Shown one piece after another: positions 47,287 to 57,545 of a DNA stretch of 64,000 nt; position 1 is the stretch's first letter, and each line of letters opens with the position of its first letter. The notes below the pieces were generated by a model. The model made no database searches, had not been told where the DNA came from, and worked only from the letters and a program-made list of their open reading frames with translations. The DNA comes from an uncultured Candidatus Bathyarchaeia archaeon (lineage in GTDB: Archaea; Thermoproteota; Bathyarchaeia; 40CM-2-53-6). The position numbers and the translations under genes were made by a program. The stretch lies in contig CAZLHM010000002.1 in assembly GCA_964559555.1 (NCBI GenBank), positions 12,238 to 76,237 on the forward strand. The letters run 5' to 3'.

Positions 47287-49019
47287 TATAACCTCACTTC
47301 CTTCTCGAAGGTTTGGCAGAACTCCTCAACGGTGAGAATGTCTGGAGGAATTCCCTTCCCTCTGGAGCGAAGTTCCTGTGCAAGCAGAGTAATCTGCGGA
47401 GGGATTAGGCGAAGTGATTTCAGCAATTCGATATCCTTCGTGAAGAGTTCTGCTGTTGACTCGTCTCGCAGAATGATTCCCTCATTCATGACCACGACCC
47501 GACTAGCGTATCTGGCAGTCACCTCCATGTCGTGAGTAACCATTATCACTGTGGCACTTTTCTCGACTAACTGCTTCAGTTTCGCCATGATGAGACCTAT
47601 CGTTGTGTGATCCATGCCAGACGTCGGCTCGTCGAACAGCACAAGCTCGGGCTTCATAGCGAATGCGGCTGAGACAGCGGTCAGCTGTTTTTCGCCCCTA
47701 CTCAGGTTCTCTGGCAATGCTTGCTCAAGACCTGCAAGCCCGAATTCCGTGAGAATGGAAGGAACCTCCGAACGAATCTGCTCGTCAGGAACGCTGAGAT
47801 TCCTCATACCATAGGCTACTTCCTCGCCGACGGTCTCACAAAATATCGAATTCGCGGGATTCTGAAACAGGAAACTTGTGATCCCCGCCATGTCCGAGAC
47901 CTTGATCCGGCTCATGTCCCTACCCTGAACCCGGACCCTGCCTTCTTCAACTCTTAGCAGTCCGTTCAGAGTCTTGAGAAGAGTGGACTTCCCCGATCCA
48001 TTCTGGCCAATTATCGCAAGGAACTCGCCCCGAGATACTTTGAGATTAACCCCCTTCAGAGCTTGGACAGGTCCAGGGTAGGTGTATTTGAGGTCCCTTA
48101 CCTCCACAACTGGCTGCAATCCTCCCCCGCTTGCCGTTCCAGCCCTGTGATGTCGCCCAACTGGCGCCTTCGCTTCAGGCAGAAGTCTGCAGAATGCTCC
48201 TGCAGCTTCTTTCACATGGATGGGGAATCTCTCAAATCTGTATCCGTCTTTCCTTAGTCTCCACGCAGTCTCCGTCACTTGAGGGATGAACGCGCCGATC
48301 TTGTACATTAGATCGACATCTTGGAAGACCTGACTTGGGCTTCCATCCTTGACTATCGTGCCTTCATCCATTACTATGACTCTGCTGGAAATCTCACTGA
48401 TCAAAGAGGACTTGTGATCAACCATGATAATTGTTGTACCATTTTCCGTGTTCAGTTTGCTCAAGGTGGAGTAGACCATCTGTGTTCCTAGAGGATCCAA
48501 GTCTGAGGTCGGTTCATCCAGTACAAGTATCTCAGGACCTGCGATCAAACCGCAGCCGATGGCAACGCGTTGCTTCTGACCTCCCGAGAGGTACATGGGA
48601 TTCCTTTCAAGCAGATCTTCTATCTCGACGGTGGCCGCGGTGGTCTTGATTCTCTCTCTTATCTCCTCGGCCGGGACTCCTAGGTTCTCAAGGACCATTG
48701 CCAAGTCGTCGCTTACTCGCATTTCGAAGAGCTGGGTCTCGGGATCTTGGAAGACCATCCCTACCTTCTTGGCCAGCTCGCTGATCTTGTGCGTCTTCGT
48801 GTCTAGGCCTGCGATCGTGACGATTCCTTCTAGAGTTCCTGCGAGATAGTGGGGAATTATCCCATTGATGCACTGACAAAGCAGGCTCTTGCCGCTACCG
48901 CTGGAACCAATAACGACGACAAACTCGCCGCTTCTCACGCTGAAGGTGATGTCCTTCAGCGCAGGCTCTTTCCTCTCTTCAGGTGTAAAAAAAACGTGGG
49001 AAAATTCGATCACGGACAA
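47286..49019 (-). CDS. ecfA: ECF transporter ATPase, fused tandem EcfA-EcfA'
   Basis: Two Walker A sites (GSSGSGKSLL, GQNGSGKSTLL), two ABC signatures (LSGGQKQR, LSRGEKQ) and two Walker B sites. Confidence 0.8.
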   Translation of the reverse strand: MSVIEFSHVFFTPEERKEPALKDITFSVRSGEFVVVIGSSGSGKSLLCQCINGIIPHYLAGTLEGIVTIAGLDTKTHKISELAKKVGMVFQDPETQLFEMRVSDDLAMVLENLGVPAEEIRERIKTTAATVEIEDLLERNPMYLSGGQKQRVAIGCGLIAGPEILVLDEPTSDLDPLGTQMVYSTLSKLNTENGTTIIMVDHKSSLISEISSRVIVMDEGTIVKDGSPSQVFQDVDLMYKIGAFIPQVTETAWRLRKDGYRFERFPIHVKEAAGAFCRLLPEAKAPVGRHHRAGTASGGGLQPVVEVRDLKYTYPGPVQALKGVNLKVSRGEFLAIIGQNGSGKSTLLKTLNGLLRVEEGRVRVQGRDMSRIKVSDMAGITSFLFQNPANSIFCETVGEEVAYGMRNLSVPDEQIRSEVPSILTEFGLAGLEQALPENLSRGEKQLTAVSAAFAMKPELVLFDEPTSGMDHTTIGLIMAKLKQLVEKSATVIMVTHDMEVTARYASRVVVMNEGIILRDESTAELFTKDIELLKSLRLIPPQITLLAQELRSRGKGIPPDILTVEEFCQTFEKEVRL

Positions 49020-49028
49020 GTCCGGATC

Positions 49029-49550
49029 TCACGGCTTGACTATCGAGCGTAGTCCCTTCTGAATTCGTTTGTTCTTCAAGATCAGAACTGCGATGAACGC
49101 CGCGATTACGTCCTGTGTGATGTCCTTCAAGGTTAGCGGGAACCATATCTCAAATGGATTGCCAAACATGAATATCATCGACAAGATGTCTCCAGGTGCT
49201 TCGCATATCGCTCCGATGACTCCTGCCCAGACTGGGTACTTCTTGAAGAAGCTCGTGAACTCGACGAGCGCTCCAGCTACTAGGCCCATCACGCCTGTCA
49301 GTATCAACGCGTATCCTATGAACCCGTACTGGAGGCCGAGCATGATCCCGCCCATGAGTCCCGATAGGAATCCCACTTTCCATCCTCTAGCATACGCCGC
49401 CAAGAAGACGGGGACCATCGTCATGGCGAACTTGATATTCAGCGGACCCGGTATTGCCAAGAAGCCTAGGATGTTTGCGAGTGCGCCCATCACAACGACA
49501 AGCGCAATGTCCCACGCAGAGAAAGGTTGCGATTTCCTTTCTGATGTCAT
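49029..49550 (-). CDS. ECF transporter substrate-capture (S) component
   Basis: 173-aa protein with 5-6 TM helices, first gene of the ECF operon. Substrate unknown. Confidence 0.55.
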   Translation of the reverse strand: MTSERKSQPFSAWDIALVVVMGALANILGFLAIPGPLNIKFAMTMVPVFLAAYARGWKVGFLSGLMGGIMLGLQYGFIGYALILTGVMGLVAGALVEFTSFFKKYPVWAGVIGAICEAPGDILSMIFMFGNPFEIWFPLTLKDITQDVIAAFIAVLILKNKRIQKGLRSIVKP

Positions 49551-49947
49551 TTTCGATCACTCCTCTCAGAATGGCCAAGTTAATGTGACGATGTACAGAC
49601 AGATTGCGAGCGCCACGACAATGATAAGGTAGCTCAGATACTCAGCCGTTCTAGATTTTTTCTCTTCATCCATTCTGTCACTTCCATGTGGGGAAGGCAG
49701 AATGTATCTCCGACATGTTTTGTATTTAACGACTGTTGTGTGGAAGTAAACGAAGAGGCAGTTGTGGATTCGTCAATGAATTCGGGTTGCACAAGAAGAA
49801 GGCGAGAAAATAGTCGAGACTCAGCACTACTCACATTGCGACAATATGAGTTGCGCTTAATCTCGTCAGGGAATTGTTGAGTGTCGAGTTCTGGCAATCA
49901 CCTCTTGACAGCGTCGCCTTTGGTCAACGCGTTTCCGTATGAACTGT

Positions 49948-51279
49948 CTAAGCTTGGTCCCTCAGAACTGAATCCAGTATTTCGATGGCCCTATCCGCTT
50001 GTTCGTCTGTAGTCACCAGTGGAGCTCGGATTTCAAGGACATTGCCGTAACCCGGCTTACCCGAAATTCCGAGCAGGAGTCCTTTTTCCCTTGTCTTAAC
50101 GATAGCTTCTTCTGCCTCAGCTATCGCGGGTTCTTTGGTTCTCGTGTCCTTCACGAGTTCGACTCCGAGAAACACGCCCGCGCCTCTGATATCCCCGATC
50201 ATGCGCTGATTGCGTGCCATATCATTCAGATGTTTTCTTATTCGAGCGCCTAGTTCTCGGGCTCTGTCTGTGAGCTTCTCCTGTGTCACAACATCAACGA
50301 CAGCCGAGGCAGCGGCACACACTAGTGGACTGCCACCGTACGTAAAAACGTGCCAATGCTTATCCGGCAGATCTTCTGGCACCACATCAGATTTGATCAT
50401 TGTTGCCGATATTGGGAAACCGGACCCCATACCCTTCGCAGTCGTCACTATGTCAGGTCTGATGTCGAAGTAGTCGGAAGCCCAATACCTTCCTGTCTTG
50501 CCAGTTCCAGTCTGCACTTCGTCGGCTATTCGGAGCACGTTGTGTTTCTCGCAAATCTCTCTTATGATCTTGAAGTACTCCTTGGATGGGGGCGTGATGA
50601 CTCCGCCGTTGCCCTGTATGGGCTCGAAGATAAAAGCAGCAACATTAGTCGACCCGTACATTATCTGATGTTCCAGTATTCTGGCGCATTCGAAGTCGCA
50701 GTCTGGATATGACTTGCCGAAATAGCAACGGTAGCAGTATGCGTCGGGAATCTGGTGGAATCCTGGAAAACCCGGCATCGGAAACAAGGGTTGATTCCTC
50801 CAATACGACTGCCCTATGAGGCTCATCAGAGCGAGCGTGTCGCCATGGTAGGCGCGATAAAGAGAGATGATGTCGTGTTTCTTCTTCGCTATCATTGAGA
50901 ACTTGAGTGCGACCTCGTTTGCTTCGGATCCTCCAGAAGAGAACAGGGTTCTGCAATTGTCTCTCATGTCGCCCGGGGCGATCTTCGCGAGTTTCTCGGC
51001 GAGTTCTGTACGTGGGAGGTTGACATTGCTCGTGAAGCTGTGCACCAGAGAGGCGTCCAGTTGCTTCTTGACCGCTGCGATGACCTTTGGATGAGCATGT
51101 CCGATGCTATTGACTCCCGATGTCTGGCCGATCATGTCTAGGTATTCTTTTCCGTTGATGTCTTTGATTATCGCACCATAACCCTCAACGAATACTGGTG
51201 GAAGAACGCCCTTGGGCATACCGATGCCATAGAGGCAGTACTTCTCGTCCTTCTCTGCGTATGAATCCGCTGAAACCAA
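49948..51279 (-). CDS. class-III (ornithine/GABA-type) PLP aminotransferase
   Basis: EPIQGNGGVITP...IADEVQTGTGKTG. PLP-lysine context. Confidence 0.8.
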   Translation of the reverse strand: MVSADSYAEKDEKYCLYGIGMPKGVLPPVFVEGYGAIIKDINGKEYLDMIGQTSGVNSIGHAHPKVIAAVKKQLDASLVHSFTSNVNLPRTELAEKLAKIAPGDMRDNCRTLFSSGGSEANEVALKFSMIAKKKHDIISLYRAYHGDTLALMSLIGQSYWRNQPLFPMPGFPGFHQIPDAYCYRCYFGKSYPDCDFECARILEHQIMYGSTNVAAFIFEPIQGNGGVITPPSKEYFKIIREICEKHNVLRIADEVQTGTGKTGRYWASDYFDIRPDIVTTAKGMGSGFPISATMIKSDVVPEDLPDKHWHVFTYGGSPLVCAAASAVVDVVTQEKLTDRARELGARIRKHLNDMARNQRMIGDIRGAGVFLGVELVKDTRTKEPAIAEAEEAIVKTREKGLLLGISGKPGYGNVLEIRAPLVTTDEQADRAIEILDSVLRDQA

Positions 51280-51294
51280 AGTCCTTCCCGACTT

Positions 51295-51702
51295 TCAGAT
51301 CTCGGGTGCAACCACGTGTATGGCCTTGACCACATGCTGAGTGTAGTTGACGTACTGGTGCTTGATTCCTTCCGGCACGAACATGACCTCTCCATCCTTC
51401 ACTTCGAACGTGTCCTCAGTCGCGGGCAGGAAAACAGCAATCGGACCGTTCAAGACATAGAGTGCTTCGTCTCCCTTGTGTATTTCAGGTTCGGATGACC
51501 TGACGCTTTCACCACCAGACGGGAGTTCGATGGTTGAGAAGTGTATGAAGTCATTGCTGACGTAGAATGTCTCGAGCATCGGGTGATCTTTCCCGTGGAT
51601 CACTTGGAGAGCATCGCGGCGTGTGATGAGGTAATGCTTGGGCGGCTTGACTCTTGCTTCCTTACCAGGCACCGGCCATTTTCCGATTGATTCGGGGCCC
51701 AT
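51295..51702 (-). CDS. cupin-domain protein
   Basis: Two-motif cupin pattern (GxxxxHxH-like ...VKDGEVMFVPEGIKHQY). Confidence 0.55.
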   Translation of the reverse strand: MGPESIGKWPVPGKEARVKPPKHYLITRRDALQVIHGKDHPMLETFYVSNDFIHFSTIELPSGGESVRSSEPEIHKGDEALYVLNGPIAVFLPATEDTFEVKDGEVMFVPEGIKHQYVNYTQHVVKAIHVVAPEI

Positions 51703-51713
51703 CTGGACCTACC

Positions 51714-52247
51714 TCATTCCACCTTGAACAGCTTGTGTCTAGTAGGGAACGGAGGCGCATGTGTTACACCCTTGCCGTAGATCTCAGGAGCAATCGCGTA
51801 CAAGAGCACGCACTCCTCATTCGTGAAGTTGTAGCCGAAGTGCCATGCTCCTGCAGGCTGCCAGACCACGTCGCCCTCATGTGCCTCGGTAACCTGCCCG
51901 GTTTCTGGATTGAACTGCGTGATTGTTCCTTTCAAGATCCAGTACACTTCGTCTCCTATGTGTACACTCTCTGGCAGGTACTTCGATCCCGGCGCTACCG
52001 TGAAGATTCCGAAGTGAAGTTTGTCAGTGCTCACGAACAGATGACTGAGGTTGCTGAAGTACGGTGTCCCTAATGGATGGCCGGATGCAGGCAGTACGAA
52101 CGCTTGTTCTTTCTTAATTAGTGTCGGTTTCTTCTCGTTCGGGGGAAACGGAAAATTTCCTATCTTCGTGGACATGCTGTCACTTTGACTGGGGACAATA
52201 GAGTCCTTCAACGGAATATAAGACTTGCCAGAAATCCACATCGTCAA
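51714..52247 (-). CDS. cupin-domain protein
   Basis: ...HIGDEVYWILKG...EGDVVWQPAGAWHFGYN cupin motifs. Confidence 0.55.
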   Translation of the reverse strand: MTMWISGKSYIPLKDSIVPSQSDSMSTKIGNFPFPPNEKKPTLIKKEQAFVLPASGHPLGTPYFSNLSHLFVSTDKLHFGIFTVAPGSKYLPESVHIGDEVYWILKGTITQFNPETGQVTEAHEGDVVWQPAGAWHFGYNFTNEECVLLYAIAPEIYGKGVTHAPPFPTRHKLFKVE

Positions 52248-52426
52248 CCCAGGGCCGCGTTGCAGCTGGCTGATGGCATGTTTCTGGAACCTCTTTCTCA
52301 GTTCCCTGTGACTGCGTTCGGCAGAAATTTAAGATGATGAAAAGAGAAGAAAATTGACGCAGTCGCGATCCAGCCGGTAGAGTAGGAGTCGTAGAAGTTA
52401 AAGAAAAATAGGAGAGAATCGGAATT

Positions 52427-54052
52427 CTATGCAGGCGGAATTTCTTTGAAGGCCATCTCGACAGGGATTCCCTGTCTCTTTCTATAGATGGCGGCAACAT
52501 AGTACAGTACTAGGCCTATCACAGCAGCACCGACGAATATCATCAAGGCGTTCTCCCAAGGACCTAGGCCTAGGCTTGGGAAATTGAGGTACAAGTATGC
52601 ATTGAATATGCAGACGATCACTGCGACAATTCCGGCGAACGATATGAGTGGCAGAGGCCCCAGCTTGAGGTTCTTTATTGGAGAAGCCTCGTATGCTTCC
52701 TTCTTCCTCCACGGGAAGAATATTGCCGTAATCGACGTCAAGGCGACGTTTCCCACCCATATGTACATGCTGCTTGCTGCGAGGACAGGAAATACTAGCG
52801 CTGGATTGTAGACGACACCCACCAAGACGAGCCAGAATAGGATACATGCAAACACAGTCGCGTACACTGGTGTGTGATATTTCGGATTGACTTTGCTTAG
52901 GACGGATGGCGTCAGCCTATCGAACGACCATGAGAACACGTACCTTGTCGAAAGCATCATCGCAGGAATCATGATGACCAAGGGCCAGAACATGAATGTG
53001 ACCGCGACGATGAACTGAATGGCTGGGTTTCCGTAGAGGATGGCCATGAGGAAGTTAGAGAAGGGTGGGACCGGCAAGGGGTATTCGCTTGGGAAGACAG
53101 TCCATATCCAAGCTGCGGATGCCAAGAACTCGTATCCGATCACGTTGAACAGTACGAATAGACCTCCTATCATCAGCAAACCGTTGAAGATTGTTGGACC
53201 TATCATGATGCCAAGCTGCCTCTTTGCACTGTCAGCTTTCTTCACTTCACCCGCCCAGAAGGACGAGAAGAATCCCCAGCAAGTGGATGACGTTCCTACC
53301 GCGATCAGTCCAAGGGTCATGGTGCTATCATAGCCTGCTGGGAGAGACAGCTCCAGCTCCTTTGCTTTGTCTATGAACCACTGATAGGAATTCGTTGAAC
53401 CTGTATACTGGTTCGCGAGCGCGTTGAAATGAGCTACGAAATCTGCTCTGCTTGAGAGTGCAAGACCTGCTAACCCTATCACCATACCGATGAGACCAAG
53501 TATGAAGAAAAGATCGTTTAACCTGAACAGTACCTTGACTCCGACGGTTGTGATCAGTCCCACGAATATGATGAGTATCGTGCCCAAGACGAAGATCCCG
53601 TCAGGGCTCGCAGCCCACGCAGCCGCGCTCACCAAGGATGGGTCGTTGAATGCAAAGCCTAGGACGGCCAAAGGTGCATAGACGCAGATCTGTCCGAACC
53701 AGTATAGAACGAGTCCGAAGTATATTATCTCGAAGAAGAGGAAGTTCGTGCTCGCCATGAATCCTATGGCAGGATGAAGCGATCTACTCAGGAACAGGTA
53801 GTCGCCACCGGATCGCGGATACACTGCTGAGAACAACGCGTAGACCATGACGTGCCATATCGACATGAAAGTACCTATCGCCACAGCTGTGATGAGGTCA
53901 CCGCCTGGTAGCGCGAAGAGTGCCCAGAAGACGCCGTATGCGAGAGATAGACCGATTGGGCCGGATATCGTAGTGTTAGCGACAAAAGCGTCGAAGGCAT
54001 TAAGATCACGTACTAGTCCACTAGCTCTTCTAACGAAGACTTTTTCTGTCAT
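52427..54052 (-). CDS. APC-superfamily amino acid/polyamine permease
   Basis: 541 aa, about 12 TM helices. APC-like N-terminal region. Confidence 0.7.
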   Translation of the reverse strand: MTEKVFVRRASGLVRDLNAFDAFVANTTISGPIGLSLAYGVFWALFALPGGDLITAVAIGTFMSIWHVMVYALFSAVYPRSGGDYLFLSRSLHPAIGFMASTNFLFFEIIYFGLVLYWFGQICVYAPLAVLGFAFNDPSLVSAAAWAASPDGIFVLGTILIIFVGLITTVGVKVLFRLNDLFFILGLIGMVIGLAGLALSSRADFVAHFNALANQYTGSTNSYQWFIDKAKELELSLPAGYDSTMTLGLIAVGTSSTCWGFFSSFWAGEVKKADSAKRQLGIMIGPTIFNGLLMIGGLFVLFNVIGYEFLASAAWIWTVFPSEYPLPVPPFSNFLMAILYGNPAIQFIVAVTFMFWPLVIMIPAMMLSTRYVFSWSFDRLTPSVLSKVNPKYHTPVYATVFACILFWLVLVGVVYNPALVFPVLAASSMYIWVGNVALTSITAIFFPWRKKEAYEASPIKNLKLGPLPLISFAGIVAVIVCIFNAYLYLNFPSLGLGPWENALMIFVGAAVIGLVLYYVAAIYRKRQGIPVEMAFKEIPPA

Positions 54053-54265
54053 CGGAATTTTCCCGGTCTGGTAACGCCCGTCTCAATGTTGATAAAGCTT
54101 TGCACAGAAGAACCTGATCTTTCGAATCTAGTGCGACGATCACAATACGCGCTTGTTGTTCTCATGTGATTCAATGTAATTCGTACTGCTGACGCCTGAA
54201 GCTTCGAACCAAAGGCCTATTTATCGTGCTGGCGTCCCTATCGGCAGTCTTCGGATAGTGTCCCA

Positions 54266-55495
54266 ATGTCCAAGGAGATGGATCTCGAACAGCTTATTGA
54301 GAAAGATGCTACGTTCGTTGCCCAGACAATCCCGGGATGCAAGAGACCTCTGGTAATGGAAGAAGGCCGGGGAATCTATGTCAAGGACATTTCAGGCAAG
54401 GAGTACATTGACTGCACAGCAGGGATCTCCGTAAACAACCTCGGCCACGGGCATCCCAAGATCTTGGAAGCGATCCGAAGACAATCCGAGAAGATACTAC
54501 ATACCTACCCGTTTGGAAATTTCATATCCAGGCCACAGGTCGAACTCGCAGAATTGCTCGCGAAGATTGCTCCCGGGCGAGTCTCGAGGACTTTCTTCTG
54601 CAACAGTGGAACAGAGGCAACTGAGGGGGCATTGAAGCTTGCGAGAAAGTACACCATGAGGAAGTGGTTGATCTCGTGCGAGAAAGCATTTCACGGAAGG
54701 ACTCTGGGTTCGACGAGCGTGACATGGAAGGAGATCTATCGGAAGCCCTTTGAGCCGCTGCTTCCCGCCTGTCAGTTCGTGCCCTATGCCGATGCTGACG
54801 CTCTTGAACGCGCAATAACGGACGACACAGCTGCCTTCATCGTGGAACCTGTACAAGGTGAAGCAGGCTTCATCGTTCCACCAGACGACTACTTGCCCAA
54901 GGTCAGGGAGATATGCAATAAGCACGGTGCATTGCTTATCATCGATGAAGTTCAAACTGGCTTCGGTAGAACTGGAAAGATGTTCGCTTGTGAGCATTGG
55001 AATGTTACTCCTGACATAATGACGTTAGGCAAAGCCCTGACGTGCGGAGGAATCCCAATGGGGGCATTCATGTCGACTCCTGAAATCATGGACTCGTTCA
55101 GATGGCCTCCACTATCGCACTGCACGACCTATGGTGGACACGCCCTCGCATGCGCCGTGGCAAAGGCAGCTGTTGAAACAACCATAGCCGAAAAGCTCCC
55201 CGAGAAAGCCGCTGAGCGAGGTACCTACTTCAAGAAGAGGCTTGGCGAACTGCAGGAGGAGTTCCCGAGTCTAGTCAATGAGGTCAGAGGTCTTGGTCTA
55301 ATGCTTGGTGTTGCCTTTAGAGACACAGGCGTGGCTGACGCCTTCGTGAACGGCTGTTTCGAGAAAGGGGTCATTGTCATATGGACGATAAACTCAGCTA
55401 ACGCTATTCGGATATCTCCGCCTCTAATCGTGACCAAGGAGCAGATAGATGAGGTAGTATCGAGATTCAGGGAAGTCCTGAAAGACATACGCTAG
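54266..55495 (+). CDS. class-III PLP aminotransferase
   Basis: VEPVQGEAGFIVPP...IIDEVQTGFGRTGKMF. Confidence 0.8.
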   Translation: MSKEMDLEQLIEKDATFVAQTIPGCKRPLVMEEGRGIYVKDISGKEYIDCTAGISVNNLGHGHPKILEAIRRQSEKILHTYPFGNFISRPQVELAELLAKIAPGRVSRTFFCNSGTEATEGALKLARKYTMRKWLISCEKAFHGRTLGSTSVTWKEIYRKPFEPLLPACQFVPYADADALERAITDDTAAFIVEPVQGEAGFIVPPDDYLPKVREICNKHGALLIIDEVQTGFGRTGKMFACEHWNVTPDIMTLGKALTCGGIPMGAFMSTPEIMDSFRWPPLSHCTTYGGHALACAVAKAAVETTIAEKLPEKAAERGTYFKKRLGELQEEFPSLVNEVRGLGLMLGVAFRDTGVADAFVNGCFEKGVIVIWTINSANAIRISPPLIVTKEQIDEVVSRFREVLKDIR

Positions 55496-55509
55496 ACGGA
55501 CTTCGAGAC

Positions 55510-56463
55510 CTAACCAGAAGTAAAGAGGTAGTCCTTGAAACCCTTCTCATGAAGGTCCACTAGTACACCTCTCAAGATCAGTTCGGAGTACTCGCTTCCT
55601 GCGTTCAGACACAGTGTTCTTCCCAGTCTATACGCTCCTTTCGACTCGTGTATGTGTCCATGAAGCCCAAGCAATGGTTGATACCTCTCGATGGTTTCCC
55701 GCACCGCCTGCGAGCCAACGTGAATCATCGTGATGCCGCCACGCTGAATTACGGGTCTGAGGTCTTTGTCGAGTTTCGGCGCCACATCTAGCTCAGTTCC
55801 ATAGGGTGGGCAGTGTAAGCAGAAGATGGCATTCTTCATGTCCTTGACTTGACTGGTCATTGCTTCCAGTCTTTCTCTGAGGGCATCCTCGCTGACATCC
55901 CTAGGGCAATTCCACGGCGTCACGTTGGCGAATCCCGAGCTGATCATCTCATGATGGGGATCGATCTCGACTACTTTCCCTTCAGGGTTGATGGCGTATT
56001 CGGACTTCTCCAGAATCGGATCGATCTCATGTCGATCATCGTTTCCTGGAACGATGTAGCATTCTATGCCTGTTCCTTTCAGTTTCTCTGCCACTATGCC
56101 CAGCCATCGTTCCAAAGTCACGTTCATGAGGTTTGAAAAGAGCTTGTCGACTCTCTCGGGATCAGCGTTCAGCTCTTCCATTTCCTTCTGAGTCGTCCGG
56201 TACGGATAGTACCCAGTATCCCTGATCCTCTTCTCGATCTTGTCAGTCTCTTCCTTGCTCTTTAGGACGTGATCTATGCCCATGAAGTTCGTCGTGTAGG
56301 ATCCATCAGATGTCTCGACTAACGGCACTATCATTTTGCCGGTGATGTCGCCGCCTAATATGATCGCATTCGCGTTGTAGAATTTCCCCGAGGCTACGAA
56401 CTTGAGGAAGCATACTTCGGAGCCATGGATGTCTGTAGTGAAGTAGATTCGACTCTTAACCAA
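55510..56463 (-). CDS. calcineurin-like metallophosphoesterase
   Basis: YFTTDIHGS...ILGGDITGK motifs I/II. GNDD/GH motifs downstream. Confidence 0.65.
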   Translation of the reverse strand: MVKSRIYFTTDIHGSEVCFLKFVASGKFYNANAIILGGDITGKMIVPLVETSDGSYTTNFMGIDHVLKSKEETDKIEKRIRDTGYYPYRTTQKEMEELNADPERVDKLFSNLMNVTLERWLGIVAEKLKGTGIECYIVPGNDDRHEIDPILEKSEYAINPEGKVVEIDPHHEMISSGFANVTPWNCPRDVSEDALRERLEAMTSQVKDMKNAIFCLHCPPYGTELDVAPKLDKDLRPVIQRGGITMIHVGSQAVRETIERYQPLLGLHGHIHESKGAYRLGRTLCLNAGSEYSELILRGVLVDLHEKGFKDYLFTSG

Positions 56464-56645
56464 GTGATCTCCTCATACTCGCCGAGGCGAATTGCCGCCG
56501 CTGAATCGCTAATAAGAATTTCTACGCTTACCCACCGTTTGTCGAGTCTGCCCCATCGTCTACGGAAGAACGCAGTATCCGGTTGAACGCCCCCGCCAAA
56601 GACTAAATATTCCAGCCAAGAAACGCCGGGGGGGATCTGATCTCG

Positions 56646-57488
56646 TTGACAATGCAGCTGTCTGCCTGTATGCATTGTTTTCCGATGTATTCCGTCGAGA
56701 AGACAATAGAGATTACTGCTGAGCTCGGTTTCAGGATGATCGAGCTCGCGGCCGTCAGGCCGCACATATACTATCCCGAAGACCACACGAAGGACGACGT
56801 TAAGAGAATCGGCGAGCTTGTGCGGTCTGCTGGCCTGAGAACCGTTGCATTGCATACGGACGACGGAAGCGCTTTCGTCTCGAACCTGACACACTACAAT
56901 GAGAAAGTTAGACGGTGGAAGATCAACAACCTGAAGACCAACGCTGAATTGGCATCTATGTTGGGAACGCGGATAATCTCCACTACGCCAGGGTACTATC
57001 TGGCGGTTGGCACCAAAAAGGAGAGGGCGTGGGAATGGGCCAAGCAGGGACTGTCCGAAGCGGCAAGGACATGTGCAAACTACGGTGTGACAATCGCCCT
57101 TGAACCATGTCCTGGCACGATCGTGGAGGACTCGAGCGATGGGTTATCGATGGTCGAGCAGATAGGCTCGGACAATGTCAAGCTGCTCTTGGACACGGGT
57201 CATGCGATGATGACATTTCACAGCAGCTGGAGAGAAACCGGACCTCATCCAGTCGACGCTATACATGATCTAGGAGATCACCTTGTGCATGTACATCTTG
57301 ACGATAACAATGGAGTGCTGGACGAGCACCTTGTTCTTGGCACGGGGGTCATTGATTTCGAAGCCGTGCTGAATGCCTTGCGCCGAGTTCGCTACAAGGG
57401 TGATCTTTCGATAGAGATCGTGGTTCGAGATCCGAGGAAGGGTTTCAAGGACAGCAAACGCTACATCGAGCAGTTACTAAAGTCCTGA
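56646..57488 (+). CDS. sugar-phosphate isomerase/epimerase-like TIM-barrel protein
   Basis: ...LLDTGHA...HVHLDDNNG... pattern. Confidence 0.6.
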   Translation: MTMQLSACMHCFPMYSVEKTIEITAELGFRMIELAAVRPHIYYPEDHTKDDVKRIGELVRSAGLRTVALHTDDGSAFVSNLTHYNEKVRRWKINNLKTNAELASMLGTRIISTTPGYYLAVGTKKERAWEWAKQGLSEAARTCANYGVTIALEPCPGTIVEDSSDGLSMVEQIGSDNVKLLLDTGHAMMTFHSSWRETGPHPVDAIHDLGDHLVHVHLDDNNGVLDEHLVLGTGVIDFEAVLNALRRVRYKGDLSIEIVVRDPRKGFKDSKRYIEQLLKS

Positions 57489-57545
57489 ACAACTCATCCT
57501 AAGCTGTTTCACCTGAATCACTGTCCAGAGAAAACATGAGGGATC

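Noticed and set aside
49551-49947. Riboswitch upstream of the ECF S-component gene
   Set aside because: No recognisable conserved riboswitch core (TPP, preQ1, THF and others) could be identified by eye. Left as something to test, not a call.
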